Assembly: GCA_013166775.1 (NCBI GenBank)
Contig: JABLTJ010000001.1
Coordinates: forward strand, 224,009-288,008
Source of the DNA: Promethearchaeati archaeon
GTDB lineage: Archaea > Asgardarchaeota > Heimdallarchaeia > Heimdallarchaeales > Heimdallarchaeaceae
Length of the DNA: 64,000 nt
Reading direction: 5' to 3'
How positions within the stretch are numbered: the first letter of the stretch is position 1; each line of letters begins with the position of its first letter. Under the pieces are notes generated by a model. The model had not been told where the DNA came from. It made no database searches and was given only the letters and a program-made list of their open reading frames with translations. The position numbers and the translations under genes are program-made. Of this stretch, positions 42,213 through 52,396 are shown one piece after another.

Positions 42213-43649
42213 CTAATAAGCTTTAGAGATATAAGCTACTTCTTGAGCTTCTTCAGTACAAATAACACAAAGTCCAAATGGTTTTTCATCTTCACCATAC
42301 AAAGTTCCCCGTATTTCAGCTTTCAGTTTCTCCTTAATTAAATCTGCACATTCAACGTCTCCGCACCAATTTGTTCTTACAAATCCAGGATTTCTTCCTT
42401 TGAATTTTTTCTCAAGCTCCTCGTAAGTGTTTGCATCAGAAATTGATTCTTCAAGGAGTTTCTTAGCTCTGTCTTTAAGTTCTTCTGTAATCTTATCAAA
42501 CAACTCTCTAATAGTTTCAATTATCTTGTCAGTTTCAACGAATATTCTTTCTTTTGTATCCCTTCTAGCAAGAGTTACACCACCTTTTTCCACTTCTTTA
42601 GGGCCAATTTCAACTCTTACAGGAACACCTATTAATTCATATTCATTAAATTTGAAGCCAGAAGTTTTTTCACTAACATCATATTTTACCCTTAGATTGG
42701 CATTCTTGATTTTCTCAAGTATTGCTTTACTCTCTTTGTCAACCATTTCTTCCTTTCCTTTGAATAGAATTGGTACAATTACTACTTGTAGAGGAGCCAA
42801 ATAAGGAGGTAATATTAATCCTCTATCATCCCCATGAACAGAAATCACTGCTGCAATAACTCTTGTAGAAAGTCCATAGCATGTTTGATATGCATAATCA
42901 TGGGAACCATCTTCTTTCTGAAATCGAATATTAAAGACTTTAGCAAATCCCTGATCTAAATTGTGTGTGGTTCCAATTTGAAGTGTCTTTCCATCAGTTA
43001 AGGGGGCATCATATGCAATTGAATATAGAGCACCTGGAAATGTGTCATACTTTGGTCTTTTTGTAATAAGATAAGGTAAGCAACATTCATCAAAGAATGA
43101 TCCATATATCCACATAGACTCCTCAACTTGTTTAACAGCTTCTTCTGGAGTTGCATGACATGTGTGCGCTTCGGTCCATTGAAACTCTCTATCTCTAAGT
43201 AATGGTTTAGTATCCTTTGTGTCAATTCGAATAATATTACACCATTGATTAACTTTCAAAGGCATGTCTGTATAAGCTCTAATCCATTGAGAATACATAT
43301 GATACATTATTGTCTCTGATGTAGGTCTTAAAGCAAATTTCTCTTCCAGTTTCTTTTTACCGGCATGAGTAACATACGCTACTTCCGGCACAAATCCCTC
43401 AAAGTGTGTGCTTTCCATCTCTATGAATTTATCTGGTATAAATAATGGGAAGTACATGTTTTTATGTTCAGTAACATAAAATTTTTCATCTAAAATTCTC
43501 TTCATTCTGTCCCATATTTCATAACCATTTGCCATCAGTACATTTGCACCTTTTACTTCAGTTCTAGAATCTACAACTTGTGCTCTTCGCACAATGTCTA
43601 AATACCAAGCCATGAAATTTTCATCTTTTTTCTTAGTGAAAACTGACAT
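42213..43649 (-). CDS. proS: Proline--tRNA ligase, archaeal/eukaryotic type
   Basis: LRPTSET, REFQW.EAH, LQIGT.H, C-terminal Zn cysteines and terminal AY. Confidence 0.96.
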   Translation of the reverse strand: MSVFTKKKDENFMAWYLDIVRRAQVVDSRTEVKGANVLMANGYEIWDRMKRILDEKFYVTEHKNMYFPLFIPDKFIEMESTHFEGFVPEVAYVTHAGKKKLEEKFALRPTSETIMYHMYSQWIRAYTDMPLKVNQWCNIIRIDTKDTKPLLRDREFQWTEAHTCHATPEEAVKQVEESMWIYGSFFDECCLPYLITKRPKYDTFPGALYSIAYDAPLTDGKTLQIGTTHNLDQGFAKVFNIRFQKEDGSHDYAYQTCYGLSTRVIAAVISVHGDDRGLILPPYLAPLQVVIVPILFKGKEEMVDKESKAILEKIKNANLRVKYDVSEKTSGFKFNEYELIGVPVRVEIGPKEVEKGGVTLARRDTKERIFVETDKIIETIRELFDKITEELKDRAKKLLEESISDANTYEELEKKFKGRNPGFVRTNWCGDVECADLIKEKLKAEIRGTLYGEDEKPFGLCVICTEEAQEVAYISKAY

Positions 43650-43898
43650 CTAAAATCACCTTTTTTATCTCATTCATAAGAATTATGAAGACACTTTGAG
43701 AGATTTGTTCCTCATTTACTCTAATTGTAAAAAACAATCTTTTATTTCGGAACAAATTCACCTATCATTTTGTCCTCAGTATTTTGATTAGCAAGAGCTT
43801 TAAAAGTTCATCGATTTGCAGAAAAATGCTTAGAATTAGATTTCATGTAATGATGTTGGAATGGAACATTTTTATTTGGTAAAGTTTTTTGCATTAGT

Positions 43899-45128
43899 AT
43901 GAAACTCTTGTTCATCGTTTTGGATGGTCTTGGTGATAGGCCTATTCCTGAATTCGAAGGTAAAACACCTCTTGAATATGCTAATACTCCCAATATGGAT
44001 AAATTCGCTTCTTTGGGTATTAATGGTTTATTGGATGTTATAGCTCCTGGCGTTACTCCTGGAAGTGATACTGCTCATTTGGCACTCTTTGGAGTTGATC
44101 CATACGAATATTATACAGGACGAGGACCTTTTGAAGCTGCAGGAATTGGCTTAGAAGTTAAGGAAGGAGATATTGCATTTAGAACTAATTTTGCAACAAT
44201 TGATGAAAAAGGGATTATTAAAGATAGAAGAGCAGGAAGAATAAAAGAAGGAACAGACAAACTAGCTGAATTGTTCTCAGGGATGGAAATAGATGGAATT
44301 CAAATAATCCTTGAAGCTGGAACAGAGCACAGAGCCGCTCTAGTACTCAGGGGTGAAGGCTTATCTCAAAATGTTTCTGAAAATGATCCTCATGTAGAAG
44401 GAAAAGAACCTCTGAAATTTATTCCTCTTGACGACAGTCCAGAAGCTCAAAAAACTTCCAGAGTATTAACAACTTTAGCAATGAAAGCTGAAAATCTTCT
44501 TTCAAATGCAGATTTAAATAAAGAAAGAATTGAAAACGAATTACTTCCAGCAAATTATTTACTAATAAGGGGTGCTGGTAAGGTTCCTAAAGTTCCAAAC
44601 TTTGAAGAAGAGTATTGTTTAGAAACAGCTTGTATTGCAGGTGGGGGGCTTTACAAGGGGGTTGGAAGAATGCTCGGAATGCATATAATTGAAGATTCTA
44701 TGTTGACTGGAGGAACAAATACCGATTTAAAGCATAAATTTGAATTAGCTAACAAAACTTTGCAAAATTATGATTTCGTTTTTGTCCATGTTAAGGGAAC
44801 TGATAATTTATCCCATGATGGAAAACCAAAAGAAAAGAAGGAATTCATAGAAAAAGTAGACAAAGAATTATCACAATTCCTTCCAGAAAATTACAAGGAT
44901 GATTTAGTAATAATGATAACTGGTGACCATAGCAGTCCTTGTAGTTTTAAAGATCATTCCGCAGATCCAGTTCCTATCATAATCTATTCTCCAGATTGTA
45001 GAAGAGATGATGTGATGAAATTTGGTGAAAGCTATGCAGCTAAAGGGTATCTGGGTCATATATTAGGAAAACATATAATGAATATAGCCTTAAATGAGAT
45101 GAGATTGGTGCACAAATTTGGTGCTTGA
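43899..45128 (+). CDS. apgM: 2,3-BPG-independent phosphoglycerate mutase (archaeal type)
   Basis: DGLGD, TPLE, PGSDTAH, GRGPFEA, H.KG.D..SHDG, TGDH. Confidence 0.95.
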   Translation: MKLLFIVLDGLGDRPIPEFEGKTPLEYANTPNMDKFASLGINGLLDVIAPGVTPGSDTAHLALFGVDPYEYYTGRGPFEAAGIGLEVKEGDIAFRTNFATIDEKGIIKDRRAGRIKEGTDKLAELFSGMEIDGIQIILEAGTEHRAALVLRGEGLSQNVSENDPHVEGKEPLKFIPLDDSPEAQKTSRVLTTLAMKAENLLSNADLNKERIENELLPANYLLIRGAGKVPKVPNFEEEYCLETACIAGGGLYKGVGRMLGMHIIEDSMLTGGTNTDLKHKFELANKTLQNYDFVFVHVKGTDNLSHDGKPKEKKEFIEKVDKELSQFLPENYKDDLVIMITGDHSSPCSFKDHSADPVPIIIYSPDCRRDDVMKFGESYAAKGYLGHILGKHIMNIALNEMRLVHKFGA

Positions 45129-46092
45129 AGCTAAAGAAGATAAAGCATTTTTTCGAAAAATTTTTCCTTATCTACTCTTAGCTATTGCGATAATAGCGGT
45201 TTCATTCTCTGCAATCATTGTTGTAAAACTTCTAGACAGAGATGTACCTGCTGAAATTACTGCAATGTATAGAACACTTTTTGCTGGTATCGGAGCTTTG
45301 ATTCTTTCAATCAGGAATAAAGATTATAAATGGATAGGAAAAAAAACAACTCTACGTAGAAGTTATTGGATTATTTTAGCGGGATTGCTTCTTGCAATTC
45401 ATTTCGCTACTTGGTTTATATCTTTAGACTATGTCTCTGTTGCGATATCAACTACTCTGGTCGATACAGTGCCAATTTTTCTTGCGATTTTTGGTTTCTT
45501 GTTTTTCAAGGAAAAAGTTAACATCGTAGGGATACTTGGTATAATTATTGCATTTGGAGGAGGAGCTTTGTTAGCATTTGCATCTCCTGGTAATAATGAA
45601 ATACAAAGTAATCTTGTCTTAGGAATAGGTTTTTCTTTAATCGGAGCTCTTACAGTAACTTTTTACTTTCTTATAGGTAAGAAAATTCTTCAAGATTCTC
45701 CTCTATGGCCTTATTTTGCATTTGTAAATTTATCTTCAGCTTTGTTTCTCTTTATCTATTGTTTGATAAAGGGTTATAGAATAGAGTTATTCCAATATTC
45801 TGCATTTGTCTATCTCCTTTTTGTAATAGCTGCATTAGCTCCCTCTCTAATTGGGCATGCAACCTATAATTACTCTTTGAGAAATTTACCCGCATTTATT
45901 GTGGGTGTTGTAATCTTAGGAGAACCAATAGGTGCAACAATTTTAAGCGTAAGAATGTTAGATCAAAGACCTGATCTTATTACAATTTTATATGCAGGAA
46001 TTATTCTTGTTGGTATAGTACTAACGTCTCTATCCCAGAATCTTAGAATCCCGATTCCGTGTAGGAAAAAAATAGAAGAGGAACCAAAATAG
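45118..46092 (+). CDS. DMT/EamA family transporter
   Basis: Ten-TM pattern, HFATWFISL, LGEPIGA. Confidence 0.9.
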   Translation: MVLEAKEDKAFFRKIFPYLLLAIAIIAVSFSAIIVVKLLDRDVPAEITAMYRTLFAGIGALILSIRNKDYKWIGKKTTLRRSYWIILAGLLLAIHFATWFISLDYVSVAISTTLVDTVPIFLAIFGFLFFKEKVNIVGILGIIIAFGGGALLAFASPGNNEIQSNLVLGIGFSLIGALTVTFYFLIGKKILQDSPLWPYFAFVNLSSALFLFIYCLIKGYRIELFQYSAFVYLLFVIAALAPSLIGHATYNYSLRNLPAFIVGVVILGEPIGATILSVRMLDQRPDLITILYAGIILVGIVLTSLSQNLRIPIPCRKKIEEEPK

Positions 46093-46112
46093 CTTTCTCA
46101 AATAATGCAGAG

Positions 46113-47318
46113 CTATATTCTATTCTCATTTAGTAGTTCTTCGAGACGATTCATAGCAGTATCAATTTCTTCCAGTGTAGGAAGATAAACCATTCTGAAT
46201 CCATTGTCTCCAAAAGGTCCAAAACCGGAACCAAAAACTGAAAGAACGTGTTTCTTCCTTAGAAAATCAAAGACAAACTCCTTATCATCTTTCCATTTGA
46301 AATTTTCCAGATCTAAAATCGGGAAGATGTAGAATGCAGCTTCAGGTTTGTAAACCTTAATTCCATCCATCTCTGCTAACCTCTTATACATTAAATCTCT
46401 TCGATCTCGAAGTTGCTTGATTGCTTCAGGAAGATAACTACTTTGATTCTTTTTGAGAGCTTCTGCTCCAGCTTTTTGAAGTGGAGTTGAAGCACTTAGG
46501 CGTAATCGAGTAAGTTTTTGTAATCCTTCCCATGGTCCCTCAATCTTACCCTCGGGATCGTGATAATATGCATAACCTAATCGCCATCCTGGAGCTAGAA
46601 AAACCTTACTAAAACCATTGTAAGCTATTACTGGAACATCCTTTGCAACTTTTGCTGTAGCAATATGCTCTAATCCATCGTCTAAAATTAATTTATCATA
46701 AGTTTCATCTGAAACAATACAAGCATCGTATTCTCCAACAATATCCACTATTTCTTTGATTATCTTTTCAGGGTAAACAGAACCAGTTGGGTTATTTGGA
46801 CTGTTTAGAAATACAAGTTTAGTGTTTTCAGTCATTAAGGATCTAATATGATCAGGATCTGGGTAGAAATTATCCTCAACAACAGTTTTGTAGTATTGTG
46901 TATCTAGTTCAAAAATACTAGAATTTCCAGAATAACTCGGATAGTGTATTCCAGGAACCAAAATCCGATCTTTAGGATTAGTAAAGGCCATAAAAGTCAT
47001 TTGAATGCCTTCTGAAACTCCAGCAGTTGCAACAACTTCCTTAGGTGTTATACCTAGATTATATTTGCTGTTTTCATAATCTGCTATAGATTCTCTAAAT
47101 TCCAACAACCCTTGTGAATCAGCATAAAAATTATAGTTTTCTTCTTCAGCGTATTTGAGAGGTTCTGTTAGAAGTTTTGGCGTCTTAAATCCGTATTTTA
47201 TAGGATCCCCTATATTTAATTTGATGATTTTATGTCCTTGTGATTCTACTTCTGCTGCGACAGCAAGAACATCTCTTATTGCATAACTAAAACTAGCAGT
47301 TCTATCGGATATTTTCAT
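46113..47318 (-). CDS. Class I/II aminotransferase (alanine aminotransferase-like)
   Basis: YAIRD, LNIGDP, NPTG, DETYD, SK...PGWRLG. Start moved to MKISDR. Confidence 0.9.
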   Translation of the reverse strand: MKISDRTASFSYAIRDVLAVAAEVESQGHKIIKLNIGDPIKYGFKTPKLLTEPLKYAEEENYNFYADSQGLLEFRESIADYENSKYNLGITPKEVVATAGVSEGIQMTFMAFTNPKDRILVPGIHYPSYSGNSSIFELDTQYYKTVVEDNFYPDPDHIRSLMTENTKLVFLNSPNNPTGSVYPEKIIKEIVDIVGEYDACIVSDETYDKLILDDGLEHIATAKVAKDVPVIAYNGFSKVFLAPGWRLGYAYYHDPEGKIEGPWEGLQKLTRLRLSASTPLQKAGAEALKKNQSSYLPEAIKQLRDRRDLMYKRLAEMDGIKVYKPEAAFYIFPILDLENFKWKDDKEFVFDFLRKKHVLSVFGSGFGPFGDNGFRMVYLPTLEEIDTAMNRLEELLNENRI

Positions 47319-47523
47319 ATTTCTCGATCCTTTGTTTGATGACATCATTTTCTTTTCAAAAAATAAAACTATTGGTTTGACCTTCTTACTGATGAGAAGC
47401 ATTCCTGAGATGGTTTGATGATATTTGATAAGTAAGATTGTGTTCTATTCTCCAGATATTACATCTATAAATATAATCTGTTTAGTAGATTTTCATAAAA
47501 ACTGGGTGCTAATTTTGCCGGCA

Positions 47524-48915
47524 ATGTCAAAATGTAGTTTATGCAGTGGCCCAGCGCAATATTACTGTAAATCTTGTAAAAGTAAACTGTGTCCTGACCA
47601 CATCATTATATCAAATAGTATTTATTATTGTAAAGAATGCGATGATGATTGCTATGATCCAAAATGTCACACTTGTGGGAGTGAAGCTTCTTTTGTGGGA
47701 CATGATACCGTTCATAGATGTGAATGGTGTAAAAAAACAGATATTGAAGATGGGATTCTCTACCACCAACAATTACCACAACTAATATTCTCATCTATAA
47801 ATCTACTAAATAAAAAACTTACAGAAGTTTGGGATCTCACACAACAGTATCTGGATCTAGTAAGATTAGTTTATGATATGAGAAAAGCTAAGATAATGCT
47901 ATTTAGGGAAGTTGAAGATGAGATTGCACTTCTTCGAACAAAAATCTCCACATTTATAGATCATTTAGTTAAATTTGAAAATGAAACATTTACCTTGGTA
48001 GATGAGAAACTTCGAAATATAGGCTATATGCGCTATACTAACCTTAACAATGTTGACAATGCAGAGGAAATACTTAATTTATTAAAGGGACGTTCAGGTC
48101 TTTTAGACGAAAAACTTGAAACAAAGTTTGCTGAAATTGAAGAAGATTTTGGTAGTTTAAGTCAAAAAGTTAGTTTCCTTAATTTCCAATTTCGATTATT
48201 AAGACGAATACATCATTTATTACCTGAAAATGAGGATGAAGAGTTAATTTCTATTTTGCCTCGCATTTGGTTAAAGAAAAACGCTTCTCTCCCTAAACAA
48301 TTCCTTGTAGTTTTAACAAATAAGAACCTCTATCTTATGCGAGAAAAAGGATTATTCAACGTAAAATTGAAAAACAAAGCAACAATCAGTCTCTCCCATA
48401 TAACTAAGAAGAATTATTCGCATAGTATGTTAGCTAAAAAGAAATTCAAGTTTAAAACTAGATTAGATTCCTACACGATTTTTGGTAGAAAAGAAAGCTT
48501 GGGTCAAATATCTACTTATTTCAATATAATAGAAAATTACATTGATTTTTCTATTCATAAATCCTCTATTATTGAGGGACTAAAATTCTACTCTCTAACA
48601 ATGAATGAGCTTAAGAGCAATATTCAGAGACACGGTAATCATCTCAGAGCTTACCTTCTGAATAAAAGAGAACTTAAGAGAGAGCTTTATTGGAGAGATG
48701 GGCAAGATGCGAGGTTTAACAAGCTGTTTGAGCAATTATTAGCTGTTGAAAGAAAGATTCATAAATTAAATGAATCACGTCGTTATGAATCTCGAAGCAG
48801 TAAAGGCATAGATGGCCTCCTGCGTAAACTTACTCGTGAACATAACAGACTGAAAATACAATTAGAAGGTATAAGAAAACAAAGTGATGAATTTGATGAT
48901 CTTTGGGAATTTTGA
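47524..48915 (+). CDS. Zn-finger (B-box-like) / coiled-coil / PH-like domain protein
   Basis: CSLC-x7-CKSC-x4-CPDH plus further CxxC pairs, long heptad region, VVLTNKNLYL beta region. Start moved to MSKC. Confidence 0.65.
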   Translation: MSKCSLCSGPAQYYCKSCKSKLCPDHIIISNSIYYCKECDDDCYDPKCHTCGSEASFVGHDTVHRCEWCKKTDIEDGILYHQQLPQLIFSSINLLNKKLTEVWDLTQQYLDLVRLVYDMRKAKIMLFREVEDEIALLRTKISTFIDHLVKFENETFTLVDEKLRNIGYMRYTNLNNVDNAEEILNLLKGRSGLLDEKLETKFAEIEEDFGSLSQKVSFLNFQFRLLRRIHHLLPENEDEELISILPRIWLKKNASLPKQFLVVLTNKNLYLMREKGLFNVKLKNKATISLSHITKKNYSHSMLAKKKFKFKTRLDSYTIFGRKESLGQISTYFNIIENYIDFSIHKSSIIEGLKFYSLTMNELKSNIQRHGNHLRAYLLNKRELKRELYWRDGQDARFNKLFEQLLAVERKIHKLNESRRYESRSSKGIDGLLRKLTREHNRLKIQLEGIRKQSDEFDDLWEF

Positions 48916-48932
48916 GATTTACTAGTCTGCTC

Positions 48933-49322
48933 TTATTCCTTTTTCCCCCATACTTTTAGAAATTCAGGTAAAACCTCAAAAGTAACTATAGGAATGGATA
49001 ACCACTTAGGATCTGAAGCATCGTCGGAAAAATTTATTTCTTCCTTTGGAGAAGTTTTGTAACGAATAAATGATTTATCTGGTTTATCAGTATCTTCAAT
49101 CCAAACTATTATTGGTAAAGCATTCAAATCGAAGTATCCTAAGCTTGTATTAAAGATGAAGAATATAGAACGATTCGCTTCGGCAAAATGACCAATGTAC
49201 CCAGCAGCTCTATCAGGACCTACACTTGAAATAACCAGTTTCACTAAATCTTTTAGTGAAGCTAGTTTCATATCAACGGGAGAACGAAGAGGAGGTTGTT
49301 TTTCAGTCATAATCATCACCAA
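48933..49322 (-). CDS. Conserved archaeal hypothetical protein
   Basis: SL.DLV...LPII...FIRY...IPIV pattern recalled from small archaeal proteins; directly downstream of atpK. Confidence 0.6.
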   Translation of the reverse strand: MVMIMTEKQPPLRSPVDMKLASLKDLVKLVISSVGPDRAAGYIGHFAEANRSIFFIFNTSLGYFDLNALPIIVWIEDTDKPDKSFIRYKTSPKEEINFSDDASDPKWLSIPIVTFEVLPEFLKVWGKKE

Positions 49323-49341
49323 AAAAATGAAAAGAGAGGTA

Positions 49342-49644
49342 TTAGAATACTATGAGTATTGCTACTAACAATCCATAAATAGCAACAGCTTCGATAAGTA
49401 CTATAAACAAGAAAGCTTTTCCAAAAATTTCTGGTTTTTCAGTTATTGCACCTACAGCTGCACTTCCTGCCATACCCATTCCGATAGCTGCACCAACTCC
49501 TGAAATACCTACTGCTAGTGCTGCAGCAAATGGAGTTAAGTCTCCTGGTTCAGCTGCCAATACACTATTGGAAGCTAAAACAATTACAATTATTAGAATT
49601 GCAAATATAAAGAATATTTTATTCGGTTTGGTTTTTACAAACAT
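49342..49644 (-). CDS. atpK: A/V-type ATP synthase subunit K (c, proteolipid)
   Basis: GxxGxGAAIGMG, EKPE.FG, IEAVAIYG with the ion-binding Glu. Confidence 0.93.
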   Translation of the reverse strand: MFVKTKPNKIFFIFAILIIVIVLASNSVLAAEPGDLTPFAAALAVGISGVGAAIGMGMAGSAAVGAITEKPEIFGKAFLFIVLIEAVAIYGLLVAILIVF

Positions 49645-49800
49645 ATAATCACACCTAAGATTTAATGACAGTTTTTATTTTGGTAATTTAAGAATTTCGA
49701 AACGACATCATATTTTAGGGTAAAGTGAGGAATAAAACAATACATATAATAACTACGAAAGCTTAAATAGGTATAGTTAAAAAATTAAATTGTGAGTTAG

Positions 49801-50415
49801 ATGTTTGGAAACTTTATGGGATGGCTTTTAGGATCAAAAAAAAGCCCACGTGATCATATTATAAATCTCAGATTAACAGTTCGAAGATTGGAAAGAGCTC
49901 AGAGAAAATTGTCACGTGATGAATCGAAAATGCAATTAAAGATGAAACAAAGCATTCAACGAGGCGATTTAGAATCTGCAAGATTATTTGCAACCGATAT
50001 TGTGAGAAGTAGACGATGGGAATTTGGATATCAAAAACTTGTTTCAAGAATGAACGGATTGATTTTCAAATTAGAAAGAGCGGATACAGCTGCTAGTATG
50101 GCAGAAGAAATGCATGGCATTGCAGCAGCATTACGCGCTGCTAATGCACAATTACAAATTCCTGATTTAGATAAAGTAATCCAAGATATGGAAAGCTCTA
50201 TAGATGGGATTGAAAACTCTACTGGAACCATAGAAGATGGAATTGATGATTTATTGGTTACAGATACTGACCCAGCAGAAGTAGATAGATTGATTGAGCA
50301 GACTGCAGTTGAATTAGGAGTATCTACACAGGCAGGTCTGCCATCTGTTGGAGTTGTGGAAACAGACGATTTAGAAGCAGAAATTCAAAAATTGAGAAGG
50401 AAGGAAGAAGATTAA
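49801..50415 (+). CDS. ESCRT-III, Vps2/Vps24/Vps46 class
   Basis: Amphipathic N-terminus MFGNFMGWLLG, Snf7 helical core (GDLESARLFA), MIM1-like DLEAEIQKLRR. Confidence 0.9.
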   Translation: MFGNFMGWLLGSKKSPRDHIINLRLTVRRLERAQRKLSRDESKMQLKMKQSIQRGDLESARLFATDIVRSRRWEFGYQKLVSRMNGLIFKLERADTAASMAEEMHGIAAALRAANAQLQIPDLDKVIQDMESSIDGIENSTGTIEDGIDDLLVTDTDPAEVDRLIEQTAVELGVSTQAGLPSVGVVETDDLEAEIQKLRRKEED

Positions 50416-50429
50416 TAAGGTGATATTTT

Positions 50430-51083
50430 ATGGTTAAAAATTGGCTTTTTGGAAAGAAAAGAAAGGAAGATGCCGATGCTTTAGCTACACTCAAAGCACA
50501 ACAGAATCGTCTTCAAGCAGAATCCAGAAATTTGGAAAGACAAGCAGATGAACAGAAAGCTTTAGCAGCTAAAATGCTACAAGCAGGAAACAAGGCGGGA
50601 GCAAGACAAGCTCTTAAAAGAAGAGCAGTGTTCATGAAAAGATTAAACACTGTTCATAACACAGCAATGAATTTGCAAGCTCAGATTGACAGTATTCAAA
50701 CAGCTACATCAACAGCTGACACAGTTCAAGCAATGGAACTAGGTACTAAAGTAGTCGGTGAAAAGATTAAAACTGTCTCTCCAGAAAGAACAGAGAGAGT
50801 TATGGATACAGTTATGGAACAGAGAGATCAAATTGAAATGATGACTGAAGCTTTATCAGATCCCAGCCTTTCAGAAGGAATTTTGGACTTCGAAGATGAT
50901 GCAGCAATTGATGATCAACTTGCGCAACTTGAAGCTGAAATGGATCTAGGTACAACAACAAGTCTTCCCGATGTAACTGGTTTGCCTAGTACACCTATTG
51001 GAACAGAAAAAGCTGAAGATACATCTGATTTAGAAGAAGAACTCCAAAGCTTAAAGAAAAAAGTAAGTGAAGATAAAGGTTAG
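50430..51083 (+). CDS. ESCRT-III, Vps20/Vps32/Vps60 class
   Basis: NWLFG N-terminus, GNKAGARQALKRR, acidic C-half with MIM2-like LPDVTGLP. Confidence 0.9.
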   Translation: MVKNWLFGKKRKEDADALATLKAQQNRLQAESRNLERQADEQKALAAKMLQAGNKAGARQALKRRAVFMKRLNTVHNTAMNLQAQIDSIQTATSTADTVQAMELGTKVVGEKIKTVSPERTERVMDTVMEQRDQIEMMTEALSDPSLSEGILDFEDDAAIDDQLAQLEAEMDLGTTTSLPDVTGLPSTPIGTEKAEDTSDLEEELQSLKKKVSEDKG

Positions 51084-51212
51084 TTAGATATCTTCCACTT
51101 TTTTGGTTTTTTTATTTAAAATGAATATATCTCAAATGAGTTTTTCTTATAAAGAATCTAAATAAAACGATTTATATCTGATGAATGAAATAGTAGTATA
51201 GAAATTCAAAAA

Positions 51213-52376
51213 ATGGTGGTTGTGACATCCGTGTCAGCTCAAGGCTTAATAGATCATGCTAGAGAATTTGCTTTAAAAGCTTACAGTTTTGATAAAGAAA
51301 AGAACTATAGTGAAGCAATTCCGTATTATTTGGATGCTTCAGAAGCATTAATGAAAGCAATAAAATTTGAACGAAATCCCCAAGTTGCTAGATCTTTGAA
51401 GAAGAAAGCAGAAATGTATTTAGCGAGGGCTAAGGAATTAAAGGAACTTTTGGAAAAAAGAAAGGAGCGAAAGTCTACTGCTGGAAGCGATGATGAGGAT
51501 GACAAACTTGAAGGTGCTATTGCTGATATAATAGTAACAGAAAAACCTGATATTAGATTGAATGATATAGCAGGACTAGAAAATGCTAAACAAACATTAA
51601 GAGAAGCAATAGTTCTTCCCCTTATGCGTCCAGATTTATTTTCAGGAGCAAGAAGACCTTGGAAAGGAATATTGCTTTTTGGTCCTCCTGGTTGTGGAAA
51701 GACCCTACTAGCAAGAGCAACTGCTGCTGAAGTAGAAGCAACTTTCTTTAATGTGAGTGCTGCGTCCATTATATCAAAATGGTTAGGTGAATCAGAAAAA
51801 CTAGTTCAATCTTTATTCCACTTAGCTCGAGAAAAGCAACCAAGTATTGTTTTTATTGATGAAGTTGATGCGCTTGCAGGAGCAAGGGGTGGAGAGCATG
51901 ATGCTATGAGAAGAGTAAAAACTGAACTTCTAACATCTATGGATGGATTATCAAGCTCAGAAACTGATCGTATTGTTACTGTAGGAGCAACCAATATTCC
52001 ACAATCAATCGACGCTGCATTCCGTAGAAGGTTCGAACGTCGAATCTATATCCCTCTACCTGATGAACCTGCACGAGAGGCTATCTTTGAATTTAACAGT
52101 AGAGGCGTAGATATGACTGATGAAGTAGATTTTTCGTTGCTTTCAGAAATTACAGATAGTTACACAGGTGCTGATATTGCTATGGTCTGTAGAGATGCTA
52201 TTATGACACCAATTAGAGAATTGGATATGACAGGAGCAATAGGAGATAGTTCTATACAAGCTCGAGCTGTTACTCAAAACGATTTCTTAGATGCTATAGA
52301 AATGATTAATCCCTCCGTCAGCGATGATGAAGTTGAAAAATACGATAATTGGAATGCAGAATTTGGCAGTGCTTAG
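51213..52376 (+). CDS. vps4: Vps4 AAA+ ATPase (MIT + AAA)
   Basis: MIT domain, GPPGCGKT, SKWLGESE, FIDEVD, RRRFERRIY, C-terminal EFG. Confidence 0.96.
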   Translation: MVVVTSVSAQGLIDHAREFALKAYSFDKEKNYSEAIPYYLDASEALMKAIKFERNPQVARSLKKKAEMYLARAKELKELLEKRKERKSTAGSDDEDDKLEGAIADIIVTEKPDIRLNDIAGLENAKQTLREAIVLPLMRPDLFSGARRPWKGILLFGPPGCGKTLLARATAAEVEATFFNVSAASIISKWLGESEKLVQSLFHLAREKQPSIVFIDEVDALAGARGGEHDAMRRVKTELLTSMDGLSSSETDRIVTVGATNIPQSIDAAFRRRFERRIYIPLPDEPAREAIFEFNSRGVDMTDEVDFSLLSEITDSYTGADIAMVCRDAIMTPIRELDMTGAIGDSSIQARAVTQNDFLDAIEMINPSVSDDEVEKYDNWNAEFGSA

Positions 52377-52396
52377 TAACAAGGTGAGTTCCTTCA

